Shown here: piece by piece, positions 9,783-19,613 of the stretch
How the letters are laid out: each line of letters begins with the position of its first letter
Numbering within the stretch: the stretch's first letter is position 1
Source: Promethearchaeota archaeon
Lineage (GTDB): Archaea > Asgardarchaeota > Lokiarchaeia > Sigyniarchaeales > SOKP01
Direction of reading: 5' to 3'
DNA: 64,000 nt
NCBI GenBank assembly: GCA_016839585.1
Contig: JAEOTZ010000042.1
Span: forward strand, 24,110-88,109
Made by a program: the position numbers and the translations under genes
Notes under the pieces: generated by a model
Database searches by the model: none
What the model was told of the DNA's origin: nothing
The model's input: the letters and a program-made list of their open reading frames with translations, nothing else

Positions 9783-10985
9783 TCATAAAACGGCATCTAA
9801 AATGAAACCTACTAGGGTACCAGACCTATCATCATCAGAAGTAAAGACCACAACTATGTTGTCTTCTGGAATAACAATTATCCGTTGACCATAAAGACCA
9901 GAAGCTGAATAATAATTAACAGAGGGCCACCATAAATATCCATAATCAAACCAACCACCAAAATAGGGATTATAGCGAGTTATTTGAACACTCGTCGATT
10001 CTTCTATCCATTCTTTCGAAACAACTTGTCTCCACCACCACCAACTCCGCCACTTCCCGTCATTTAAGCACATCAATCCAATACGAGCCATTGCTCTATG
10101 TGTCATGAAAAGTCCGAAACCTCCATGATTTTTAATTGCAAGATCTCCAGTTCCCCATGTTGAAGCTCCTTCCCACCAATCCCATTCGCTATCTAGGATT
10201 TTAAGTGGTCTAAATAGATATTTTCGAGCAAAATCAGCCATTGTCATCCCACTCTTATTGGCGATCATCACTGATAACATTTCTGCATTTCCACTTGAAT
10301 ATGTAAATGCATAAGAATGCTCGAATCCAGGTTCGTAAGACATATTCCTGGTAAGATAATCATCGAGTCTAAAATCATTAAAATACCAAGGCCACCAGTC
10401 GCCCAGCTCATTCCATTCAATACCAGCATTTTGTAAGAGCAAATTTTCTACAGTTATATCTAATTTTGCATCACCAAAAACGGGATCACCATATATTGTA
10501 GGATTCCATCTATCTGGGAAAACTTCGAAGAATGTAGTGTCTAAATCGAAAAGTCCCTGTTCAATAGCTATTCCAGTAAGCAGAGATACGATGGATTTAG
10601 TAACACTCCATAGACAATGCAAATTACCGTTTCGAAGCTGTATAAATGGATCGGCTTCAGGCCATTCATAACTCTTTTGCTCCATGCGTTTAGAATCATT
10701 AAGGTATTCTTCATTAACTATGTATCCATTGCGAATAATTAAAGCACTATGAAGATCAATTTCGTTTGCTTCGACAAAATCATACATTTCCTCTATCTTG
10801 CTTGAATTCATGCCTTGTCTTTCGGGACTTGTTTGACTCCACCAAAACCAACCAGGGAAATAATCTCGCCTTCTAAATCCACCACATGCAACTGTCTGAT
10901 ATGGGAAAAGTCCAAGAAAGATGATGACGGCAAAAGAAATTCCAATAATAGTTAATTTTGAACTACGTTTCATAATCATTTTCAC
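9783..10985 (-). CDS. Exported serine hydrolase, beta-lactamase class C / AmpC-like family
   Basis: N-terminal hydrophobic signal, SVTK (SxxK), YSS, MARIG, YGYLWW, ASGLYGQ. Confidence 0.85.
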   Translation of the reverse strand: MKMIMKRSSKLTIIGISFAVIIFLGLFPYQTVACGGFRRRDYFPGWFWWSQTSPERQGMNSSKIEEMYDFVEANEIDLHSALIIRNGYIVNEEYLNDSKRMEQKSYEWPEADPFIQLRNGNLHCLWSVTKSIVSLLTGIAIEQGLFDLDTTFFEVFPDRWNPTIYGDPVFGDAKLDITVENLLLQNAGIEWNELGDWWPWYFNDFRLDDYLTRNMSYEPGFEHSYAFTYSSGNAEMLSVMIANKSGMTMADFARKYLFRPLKILDSEWDWWEGASTWGTGDLAIKNHGGFGLFMTHRAMARIGLMCLNDGKWRSWWWWRQVVSKEWIEESTSVQITRYNPYFGGWFDYGYLWWPSVNYYSASGLYGQRIIVIPEDNIVVVFTSDDDRSGTLVGFILDAVL

Positions 10986-11002
10986 TTATTTCTTTGAATT
11001 TT

Positions 11003-11020
11003 TGCGACAAAATTGTCGCA
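11003..11020. promoter_or_regulatory. Palindromic operator candidate upstream of the serine hydrolase
   Basis: TGCGACAA-AA-TTGTCGCA, a perfect 8-bp inverted repeat, GC-rich in AT-rich intergenic DNA. Confidence 0.6.
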
Positions 11021-11322
11021 TAACATATATTATATTATTGTATTTAAAACTACTCATTTACATTTTTGTAAATTAAATCTATCGACAAATAGAGAAAAGA
11101 GAAAAGAAAAGTTTGGTAAGATTAAGAAGTATCAATAGAGTAATGATATGAAAGAAATGATAAAAAGTAATGCGCAAAATACTTGGATCTAAATGAAGAA
11201 ATAGTCCTATTTTTAATAATTTTCTGTTTTTATTTTGTTTTTAACAGTACACTTATTAATTCTTGCACGAATTTTTAATTAAGTATATATATTGTTATGA
11301 AATTTTTAGTTAGAAGATAAGC

Positions 11323-12477
11323 ATGGAAATAACAAGAAGTGAAGATTGTCTAATATTTAATGGTCTTACACCTGAAATTACTAAGATGGATAGCGTCTAT
11401 AATGCCCTCGCAGAATTCATGAAAAAAAAACAAGCGAATGATCCATCCGATAGATTTAATTTTATAGTGTTTCAAGAAGATGGTCCAAATTATTTAAATA
11501 ATTTTACTTTATACCCTGAATATATTATAGATACTTTAAAATCGTTAAATGCTACAATAACTAGGGCTAATGTAGCGGGAGGAATCTTTGTGGCTGTAAC
11601 ATTCATAATTGATGTATTTAAAAAAATTTCTGATAAATTTTTTCGTTTAATTATTCTTGTGGATGAAGGTTCTCGAAAAATTCCGCCTCAATTTATTCCT
11701 GTTTTGGAAGACCTAATTGGTAAAGTTAAAGATATGCCTTTTTTCATAGATGTTATACGTATTAATGACTATAATTTTCAAGAAGGAGAAAAACTGAATA
11801 AATTGGCTAAAACATGTAATGGTAAATTATATCAAATTGATAGAATTCGAGATCTTTTTCCGTTATTAGACGAACTTTCAGAAAAAAAATATGTAAAAAT
11901 ACCTGAGTTTTATTTTAAACCAAGTGCTCCCTATATTCCAAACGAAAATCAGCCATTTTATATTAATCTGGCTGATGCCCCAATAGAAGTAGAGAAAACG
12001 TCAACATGTGCTATTTGCTTTCAAAAAGATAATTATAATATTGTACAATGCCCATCATGTGAAATTTTAGCTCATAAGACATGTTGGGCTCAATGGGCTA
12101 AAACTACTAATATTGGAATTCCACATGTCTTTAGGTGTCATAATTGTTTTAATATTTTAAAACTTGATAGTGATTTTGTTCATGATGTTCACGCAGGGAA
12201 AATACCTACAGCAGAACAATTAAGAGAAATAAAAGTACGGAATATTGTTGAATATTTACAGGATTTAGAGGCGGAGAAAAAACCAGAAATCATTCATGTT
12301 CCAGACCCAATGGCCCTGGAAGGTGTAGCTAACGAATATATTGAAGACGTTCCTCTAGAGAATAATATAAATGCGAGAAAAAAATCTGATATTAACGTAA
12401 TAATTTGCCCTAATTGTAGTAAAATTGCTACAAGTATGAAAAAAAAATGTCCCTATTGTGGATTTCAATTATTTTAA
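11323..12477 (+). CDS. vWA-like domain + C4HC3 RING/PHD-type zinc finger + C-terminal zinc ribbon
   Basis: vWA-like strands DPSDRFNFIVF and LIILVDEG; CAIC...CPSC...HKTC...CHNC; C-terminal CPNC...CPYC. Confidence 0.65.
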   Translation: MEITRSEDCLIFNGLTPEITKMDSVYNALAEFMKKKQANDPSDRFNFIVFQEDGPNYLNNFTLYPEYIIDTLKSLNATITRANVAGGIFVAVTFIIDVFKKISDKFFRLIILVDEGSRKIPPQFIPVLEDLIGKVKDMPFFIDVIRINDYNFQEGEKLNKLAKTCNGKLYQIDRIRDLFPLLDELSEKKYVKIPEFYFKPSAPYIPNENQPFYINLADAPIEVEKTSTCAICFQKDNYNIVQCPSCEILAHKTCWAQWAKTTNIGIPHVFRCHNCFNILKLDSDFVHDVHAGKIPTAEQLREIKVRNIVEYLQDLEAEKKPEIIHVPDPMALEGVANEYIEDVPLENNINARKKSDINVIICPNCSKIATSMKKKCPYCGFQLF

Positions 12478-12708
12478 ATTATTATCTCAAATATTCTAAA
12501 TTTAATCTATAATTGGTTTATTTCTGAGAGTTATCTCTCTTTTAATTTAACAGGGGAGAAATTCCAAATTGTTATATCATGATAGTCATGAAATAAAGAA
12601 AAAGTGTGAATATATTTAGCAAGTCTATTTATACTGTGATTGTTTATCTCTCTATTAATATTTTCAAATTGAATTACAAATAGATAAAAAATTTTATAAA
12701 TTTGTAAA

Positions 12709-13905
12709 ATGTATTTGTATATCATGAGATGTTTTTTCACCAAAAAAAGGGCAATATTTTTAATTTGGATGTTTATAATCATATTAATTACAGGATGTTT
12801 GGAACTAACTAAGGATAAATCTAAAGCTTCGATAGAATTTAGCACTAACATAGAAAAAAACCTAAAACTACCCTCTTTCTGGAATTTAACGGGAACTTTT
12901 ATGGAGACATATGTATACCATAATGGAGATATAGTAACTGAAGAACAGTACAAAACAGTTGCTGGAATATTAATTGATGAAACATTAGAAAATTTCACTT
13001 GGAGTAAAACAGTCGCAACTTATCCTTGGTGCAATGGTTCTGGGACTAAAGAGGACCCCTATATAATTGAAAAAGTATATATAGATGGGCAATTTGCAGG
13101 AACCACATATTTGATCTACTCAAATATTTTAATTAGACATTCTAGAGCATATTTCACTATCAGAGACAGTAGTTTACATAAAGCGGGACCAAATGATAAT
13201 GCTGGGATTTACTTGTATAATACTACAAATGGAGTACTAACAAGAAATAATTGTACTTACAATCGCAATGGAATATATCTATTTGAGAGTCATAATAATT
13301 CAATTACATATAATAGAATGCTAAGTAATCACAGTCTTATTGTGGGTACAGGTAAAGCAATTTTTTTAGATGGATATGGAAATGGAAATGGGAGTTGTAA
13401 TAACACTGTAGAAGATAATATTATAATAAATCACTACGATGGAATTGGTGTATGGTTTAGTTTAAATAATAAGATTAATAGGAATTTCTTAAATAATACT
13501 TTATTTGGACACTTCCCTGACACAGGACTATATCTTTGCGACTCTAATTATAGCTATATAACTTTTAACACATTTGCAGGAGATTACGCTGATTATTCAA
13601 ATCCCTACGGGGATTCTATAATTAACGAACAAAATTGTGTAGGAAATACAATAGAAAATAATTTTGGAGGAAGCGGTACGAGTATTAGTTCTAGTTTGAA
13701 AATCCAAAACTCTGAATCTTGGTTTTATTTAGAAAATAGCAATTATAATTATATTTATGGAAATAAATTAATAAGAACTCATCCAATCACAAAATCAGTA
13801 ATCCCTGGGTACATTATCTACATTATAATTATCATTGAAGTAATGAGTGTAATCGCTATCTCCATACTTTTCAAGAAAAAGTTAACTAATGTAATAGAAA
13901 AATAA
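12709..13905 (+). CDS. Cell-surface parallel beta-helix (NosD/PbH1) glycoprotein with IPGY-TM-basic sorting tail
   Basis: GxGTKEDPYIIE, repeated GIYL..S.NN.I..N, many N-x-S/T sequons, C-terminal IPGY + hydrophobic helix + KKK; start may be 12724. Confidence 0.8.
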   Translation: MYLYIMRCFFTKKRAIFLIWMFIIILITGCLELTKDKSKASIEFSTNIEKNLKLPSFWNLTGTFMETYVYHNGDIVTEEQYKTVAGILIDETLENFTWSKTVATYPWCNGSGTKEDPYIIEKVYIDGQFAGTTYLIYSNILIRHSRAYFTIRDSSLHKAGPNDNAGIYLYNTTNGVLTRNNCTYNRNGIYLFESHNNSITYNRMLSNHSLIVGTGKAIFLDGYGNGNGSCNNTVEDNIIINHYDGIGVWFSLNNKINRNFLNNTLFGHFPDTGLYLCDSNYSYITFNTFAGDYADYSNPYGDSIINEQNCVGNTIENNFGGSGTSISSSLKIQNSESWFYLENSNYNYIYGNKLIRTHPITKSVIPGYIIYIIIIIEVMSVIAISILFKKKLTNVIEK

Positions 13906-13969
13906 CTTTTTTCTTTTTTAATTAGTTGTTAAGTTAATAATTAGGAGAATAAAATTAATTTCCAATCTG

Positions 13970-15328
13970 TTAAATTAAGTCTATTCGACCTATAGCTCTA
14001 AAAGGTAGTTCTATATTGAATTCATCATAGTTATATATTCGTCTACCATCTACAAGATTTGGGTTTTTCATCAATTTCTTAAAATCAATGGGATTTAATG
14101 TTTTAAACTCTTCCCACTCAGTAATTAGGAAAGCACATTCAGAATCTTTTAATGCATCTTCTACGGTTCCAGCATATTGAATTTTATCTCCAAATACTTC
14201 TCTAGCTGTTTGATTCGCTTTAGGGTCATAACCTATAATATCAGTAACATTTCGTTTTAATAATTCATTAACAATCCTAATACTTGCTGCTTCTCTCATA
14301 TCATCTGTGCCTGGTTTAAATGAAAGACCTAAAAGTGTTACTCTTCTCCCTGCTAATTTACCAGCTAATTCTTCACCAATATTAACAATTTTAACAGCCT
14401 GATCATCATTTATACCCAGAACTGCTTCTAATAATCTAGAATGATATCCCTTAGCTTTTGCCCAAGCTTTAATAGCATTAACATCTTTATGAAAGCAAGA
14501 ACCACCAAAACCTACTCCGGCACCCAAGAATCTTGGATTAAGTCTGTAATCTAACCCTACACCCTTCATAACTTGGACGACGTCAACATTGGGTACTAGT
14601 TGAGCAAAATTAGCAAATTCATTGGCATAACTAATTTTTGTAGAGAGCAAGCAATTATTTCCATATTTTACTAATTCCGCACTTTCAAGATTCATTCGTA
14701 AAATAGGGCAGTTTTGAAGGTGTTCTCCATAGAAATATTCATAAAATTCTTGAAGCATTGCCCCACTCCTTTCATCAAATTCTCCAATAACGATTCTATC
14801 AGGATGTAAAGTATCTTCAATTGACCGACCTTCAGCTAAAAATTCTGGTTGCATACATAATCCAAAATCTTTCCCTGGTTCTTTTCCTGATATTTCTCTA
14901 ATTATTTTGCCTACTAAATTTCTCGTCGTTCCGGGAACAACTGTAGATCTGACAACAACCAAATGATATTTATCTTTTTTCTTTAAGCTTTCACCTATTT
15001 CTCTTGCTGTACTCTCAATGAAACTTAGATCAATACTTTTATCTTCTCTCATTGGAGTTCCTTGAGTAATCATTGAAATGTCTGTTTCCATTACTGCTCT
15101 TATAGGATCTGTAAGGCATTGTAAAAGGTGGGGCATTTTTCTCTTAATTTCATCCATTATTTCTTGTAGGCCTGCTTCAAAAAAAGGAGCTTTACCTTCA
15201 TTAATCTTCGCTGCCTTTTTTTCATTATGAGTAGAAGCTAATACTTTGATATCTTTGTTAGCAAAGCAAGCCGCTGAGCAAAGTCCAATAAATCCAGTCC
15301 CTAGGATTGAAACACTATATTTATACAT
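13970..15328 (-). CDS. ugd: UDP-glucose/GDP-mannose 6-dehydrogenase family
   Basis: GTGFIG, STVVPGTT, PEFLAEG, GFGGSCFHKD, GLSFKPGTDDMRE. Confidence 0.9.
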   Translation of the reverse strand: MYKYSVSILGTGFIGLCSAACFANKDIKVLASTHNEKKAAKINEGKAPFFEAGLQEIMDEIKRKMPHLLQCLTDPIRAVMETDISMITQGTPMREDKSIDLSFIESTAREIGESLKKKDKYHLVVVRSTVVPGTTRNLVGKIIREISGKEPGKDFGLCMQPEFLAEGRSIEDTLHPDRIVIGEFDERSGAMLQEFYEYFYGEHLQNCPILRMNLESAELVKYGNNCLLSTKISYANEFANFAQLVPNVDVVQVMKGVGLDYRLNPRFLGAGVGFGGSCFHKDVNAIKAWAKAKGYHSRLLEAVLGINDDQAVKIVNIGEELAGKLAGRRVTLLGLSFKPGTDDMREAASIRIVNELLKRNVTDIIGYDPKANQTAREVFGDKIQYAGTVEDALKDSECAFLITEWEEFKTLNPIDFKKLMKNPNLVDGRRIYNYDEFNIELPFRAIGRIDLI

Positions 15329-15489
15329 AATAATTAGTTTTTTTTTTTAATTATATTAGTTTATAATATTAAAGTTTTAATATTGTTTTCCGCATTAAAT
15401 TAAATTATTCTGAAAAAGAAATTTCAAAAATCTTAAAATAATAAGAAAATAGTATTACATTTATGAAATTTCAAAGGAGATTTTAGAAA

Positions 15490-16776
15490 ATGAAAGAATT
15501 AAGAAAAAAACTAAAAATCACAAGTAAAGCGTTAGATACAGTAAATAAATTTCTTGTTGATGAAAATAATATTCTAATCAATAATTTATTTGAAATAATC
15601 GAAAAATATGGTGGCGTTGATGAAATCAATAAGAAAGCTAAAGAAGCAAGTGAATTAGATAATCTACTAAGTAAACTAAAAAATAAGAAGCCTGATTATG
15701 CGCAGGATATAGAATGGTTAATTGAACAAAGAGATAATAACGCTTTTATTAGCATACCTGAATATAGAAAGAAAATCCTGGGAGAAAAATTTTCAGAAAT
15801 GAGCTTTAATAAGGATTATGCTGTTACTTTAGAGCTTTCAGCTTGCCAGTACTTTCCATTTTTTATGGATATAGCAAGAGCCGCTATTGAAGATCAGAAT
15901 TTAATGCCAGGTAGAATAATTCGTGTAAGAAAAATGAAGGAACAAGAAGTAGATGGGGATCTATTAGCAATGGCGACTGCTATGCAAATTATAGGGGCAA
16001 CCTATGTCGAAACACTTGATACCAAGGGAACTGCTCCTGGTCCTGATGGATTTCCTGTAAATGTCCATTTAGGAGGACCAGAAACTATAACGGGTTATTT
16101 TGGTGGAGTGGGGCAACCTAATGATTTTGCTTTAAAGTGGGTTGATGAATATCTTTATTATTATACTAATTATGGTATCAAGCAAGTTCTAAATGTTAAT
16201 CCAGGAACGGTTTTACTAGGATATTTTATTCATAAATTAGGGATTAATAACGAATTTAAAATATCAGTATATATGGGAAATGATAATCCATATTCTTGCC
16301 TGTGGACTCTTTTAACAGCTAAACTATTCGCCAGAGAAGACGGAACAAGTCCGTTGATTGGTTTTAATCTTGCTAACTCAGTAAATAATGAAACAATTGA
16401 ACTCACTGCTCATATTAGAAAAGCATTTGATTTTGAAGATGTTGTCAGATTTGAACATCATGTGATTGAAACACAGAAAAGTATTGTACGCCAACCATAT
16501 GATCGAAGAGAAGATTTATTGGAAGTTGCTATGAAAGTGAAAAATGTCAGTGCTAAACATGAAGGCGGTGATGTAGAAATAGATAAGAATAGAGAACATC
16601 CTTCAGATATTTTAGATTATTTTAGGGATAAGCAAGAGATTATTGATTCAGGTCATTGGGAATTTATGCGTAGAAATCACCTTGATAGATATATTGCTAT
16701 TAATACTACGGCTAAAGTATTAACTGAAAACGGTATTGATATTATTGCTGCCCAAAATCTTCATCAAGTTGATTAA
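15490..16776 (+). CDS. Uncharacterised soluble enzyme-like protein, co-transcribed with the DapA-Fae fusion
   Basis: 428-aa ORF with GGAG RBS; Gly/His/acidic motifs (DTKG, NVHLGG, TITGYFGG, FEHH, KHEGG); 22-bp gap to next gene. Confidence 0.75.
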   Translation: MKELRKKLKITSKALDTVNKFLVDENNILINNLFEIIEKYGGVDEINKKAKEASELDNLLSKLKNKKPDYAQDIEWLIEQRDNNAFISIPEYRKKILGEKFSEMSFNKDYAVTLELSACQYFPFFMDIARAAIEDQNLMPGRIIRVRKMKEQEVDGDLLAMATAMQIIGATYVETLDTKGTAPGPDGFPVNVHLGGPETITGYFGGVGQPNDFALKWVDEYLYYYTNYGIKQVLNVNPGTVLLGYFIHKLGINNEFKISVYMGNDNPYSCLWTLLTAKLFAREDGTSPLIGFNLANSVNNETIELTAHIRKAFDFEDVVRFEHHVIETQKSIVRQPYDRREDLLEVAMKVKNVSAKHEGGDVEIDKNREHPSDILDYFRDKQEIIDSGHWEFMRRNHLDRYIAINTTAKVLTENGIDIIAAQNLHQVD

Positions 16777-16798
16777 ATAATAGAGGTTCGAAGAAAAG

Positions 16799-18286
16799 AT
16801 GAGTAAGTTTGACTTTAGACCCTCGGGAGTCATGCCAGCAATGGTAACACCATTTAATAAAGATGAATCGATAAACGAAGACCAATTAAGAAATTTAGTT
16901 AATCATCTTATTGAACAAGGGGTTACAGGATTAGTCCCTGTCGGTACTACCGGAGAATTTGTAAATATGACTTTTGAGGAACGTATAAAAGTAATTGAAA
17001 TTGTAGTGGATGAAACAAATGGTAGAGTTCCGGTTATAGCAGGAACAGGAGAGACAGGAACTAAGTTAGTAATTGATGCTACTAAGGCCGCAACTGATAT
17101 TGGTGCTGATGCAGTTTTAATAGTTACACCGTATTATTTAAAGCCAAAGGCAAAAGGGTTATATGATCATTACTTTACAATTACTGAAAAAACAGACATC
17201 CCTATAGTACTATATAATATCCCTGCTTGTACGGGCGTAGAATTGCCTTGGACTGTTGTGGAAGATCTCGTAGATATCGAAAATATTGTTGCTATTAAAG
17301 ATTCTAGTGGTGATTATAAATACTTTTCAGCATTATTGGAAAAAGTAAGTGATAAGATTTCAGTCCTTATTGGATGGGATGAAAATGTTCTAGGAGCTTT
17401 AGCTGGAGGTGCTGCTGGCTGTATCTTAGGTTCTGCAAATGTGTTCCCTAAAATTTGGCTCGAAATTTATAATCATGTAAAAAATAATCGTCTAGAAGAA
17501 GCTCAAGTACTTCAAAAGAAGGTCCAAAAAATAGCAAGACTTTTAATAAACTCAGGAGCATTAGGAGTTAAATCTTGTTTAAATATAATGAAAGTACCGG
17601 TTGGAAAAACTAGACAGCCCATTGTTATAGGAGACGCTCTTTCTTATGAAATAAAAGATGAATTAAGAGTTGAGCTTGAGAAATTAGGATTGATAGAAAA
17701 AATAGAAATCCAATTTGAATTAGGAGAAAAAACACTAACAAGTCGTTTTTATGCTGTTGGAATTACACCGAGGAAAATCATAAATTTCAAGTTAAAAGTC
17801 GGGGAATCTTTAGTAGGAAATCGCGTTGAACTTGCACATATTGATCTTTTAATTGGTGAAAAAGATGGACCTGTTGGACAAGCTTACGCTCAAGCTTTAA
17901 CTAGTCCTGAAGAAGGACGTGAAGGACTTCAGGTCATACTTGAGCCTAATATGCAAGTAAAACCACCCACAATCATGATTCCTACAGTTCGTCCGGTCTC
18001 TCTACGTCACGCAAGTTTAACTTATGGGCCTGCTCAAGCAGCAATAGCTAAAGCAGTGATGCAATGTGTAGAAGATGGAATTCTTCCAAAAGAATTAGCT
18101 GATGACATTGTTTTAATTGTAAATGTTTTTGTTCATCCAAGTGCGAGTGCAAGAAAAAGAATCTTCATTAACAATTATAAGGCAACTCGTAATGCGATTC
18201 GAAAAGCAATGGAAGGCTTACCAACTGTAGAAGATGGTATTGAAAATGCTGAAAGTGCCAGACATCCATTTAGAAACGATCCTTAA
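16799..18286 (+). CDS. DapA/NanA-family pyruvate aldolase fused to formaldehyde-activating enzyme (Fae)
   Basis: N-term: GTTGE, TPYY, LYNIP, AIKDSSG. C-term: GESLVG...AHIDLLIG..DGPVG, VKPPT, GPAQAAIAKAV, NYKAT, HPF. Confidence 0.88.
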   Translation: MSKFDFRPSGVMPAMVTPFNKDESINEDQLRNLVNHLIEQGVTGLVPVGTTGEFVNMTFEERIKVIEIVVDETNGRVPVIAGTGETGTKLVIDATKAATDIGADAVLIVTPYYLKPKAKGLYDHYFTITEKTDIPIVLYNIPACTGVELPWTVVEDLVDIENIVAIKDSSGDYKYFSALLEKVSDKISVLIGWDENVLGALAGGAAGCILGSANVFPKIWLEIYNHVKNNRLEEAQVLQKKVQKIARLLINSGALGVKSCLNIMKVPVGKTRQPIVIGDALSYEIKDELRVELEKLGLIEKIEIQFELGEKTLTSRFYAVGITPRKIINFKLKVGESLVGNRVELAHIDLLIGEKDGPVGQAYAQALTSPEEGREGLQVILEPNMQVKPPTIMIPTVRPVSLRHASLTYGPAQAAIAKAVMQCVEDGILPKELADDIVLIVNVFVHPSASARKRIFINNYKATRNAIRKAMEGLPTVEDGIENAESARHPFRNDP

Positions 18287-18475
18287 AAAGTGAGTACCTT
18301 TTTTTCATCTTTTTATATTTTATTAATTTAAATCTTTTAAAATATTAAATTAGTAAACTCTTTTTATAGAAATCTAATACATTATAAAGCGTATATTGAT
18401 AATTTCAAGAATTTATTTATAATTAATATTAATAGTAAATTTAAAAATAATTGAATAATAGAGCTGAACTATAAA

Positions 18476-18958
18476 ATGACACAGGTAATCGATTTGGAAG
18501 TAGGAAATAAAGCACCTGAATTTACACTCCCAGATAAAGATAATAAAGAAGTATCTTTAAGAGACTTTAAAGGAAAATATGTTATACTTTATTTTTACCC
18601 GAAAGATAATACGCCAGCATGCACAACTGAGGCTATTGGTTTTACAGGAATTTTACCAGCATTACAAAAATTAGATGCTGTTGTTATTGGAATTAGTCCT
18701 GATACACCTGAATCTCATGCGAAATTCATTGAAAAGAAAAATTTGAATGTAATTCTCTTAAGTGATGTGGATAAAAAAGTAATTAAAAAATATGGTAAAT
18801 GGGGAAAGAAAAAATTTAGGGGGAAAGAGTATATAGGGGTTATTCGAAGTACTTTTTTAATAGATCCAGATGGAAAGATTGCACACATTTGGCCTAAGGT
18901 TTCTGTAAAAGGGCATCCAGAAGATGTTGAAAGAGTATTAAAAGAATTAATAAAATAA
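18476..18958 (+). CDS. bcp: Peroxiredoxin Bcp/PrxQ (1-Cys)
   Basis: YFYPKDNTPACTTEA, GISPD, RSTFLID; no resolving Cys. Confidence 0.92.
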   Translation: MTQVIDLEVGNKAPEFTLPDKDNKEVSLRDFKGKYVILYFYPKDNTPACTTEAIGFTGILPALQKLDAVVIGISPDTPESHAKFIEKKNLNVILLSDVDKKVIKKYGKWGKKKFRGKEYIGVIRSTFLIDPDGKIAHIWPKVSVKGHPEDVERVLKELIK

Positions 18959-19025
18959 GTTTCTTTTTTATCTTATATATTCTATGAAATCTATTTAATT
19001 AGAAAAATCAAATTAATTTTATATT

Positions 19026-19592
19026 ATGAATGTTATAGATGCTATAAAAGAAAGGAGAGCCTTCCGGTCTCTTGAATTTGTTGACATCTCAGATGAATTA
19101 ATTAATGACTTGGCTAGTAAAGCACAAATTGCTCCTTCATGTATGAACAAGCAACCTTGGAATTTTATTTTTATAAGAGAAAAAGAACAACTAGAAAGAT
19201 TATTTACAACTCTCTCGACTGGAAATAAATGGGTTGAAAAAGCTTCCATGATAATTGCTGTATTAAGTAAACCTGATAATGATTGTATAATTGGAGAACG
19301 CCTTTATTACTTATTTGATACAGGATTAGCAACTGCATTTATAATTCTACGTGCTACAGAATTGGGTCTAGTTGCGCATCCTATTGCTGGCTTTAAAGAA
19401 GAAGAAGCAAAGAAGATTCTGAATATCCCTGAAGACTTTAGGCTTATTACCCTAGTCAATATTGGAAAACATTCTGAAACCATTAATCCAGTTCTTTCTG
19501 AAGCAATGAAATTAGGAGAGAAACAAAGACCTCCAAGAAAAGATTTAGAGGAGTTTGTTTTTATAAACAGTTATAAAAGTAACTCTAAATAA
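19026..19592 (+). CDS. Nitroreductase family protein
   Basis: RRAFR, APSCMNKQPW, DTG..A..LGL. Confidence 0.9.
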   Translation: MNVIDAIKERRAFRSLEFVDISDELINDLASKAQIAPSCMNKQPWNFIFIREKEQLERLFTTLSTGNKWVEKASMIIAVLSKPDNDCIIGERLYYLFDTGLATAFIILRATELGLVAHPIAGFKEEEAKKILNIPEDFRLITLVNIGKHSETINPVLSEAMKLGEKQRPPRKDLEEFVFINSYKSNSK

Positions 19593-19613
19593 ATATGATA
19601 CAGATAAGAGTCT

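Noticed and set aside
12531-12998. 155-aa minus-strand ORF
   Set aside because: Antisense shadow of the beta-helix gene and its promoter, with no motifs
16799-17700. Plain dapA for lysine biosynthesis
   Set aside because: Substrate-binding Arg replaced by Cys, fused to Fae, no dapB/asd/lysC nearby; symbol withheld
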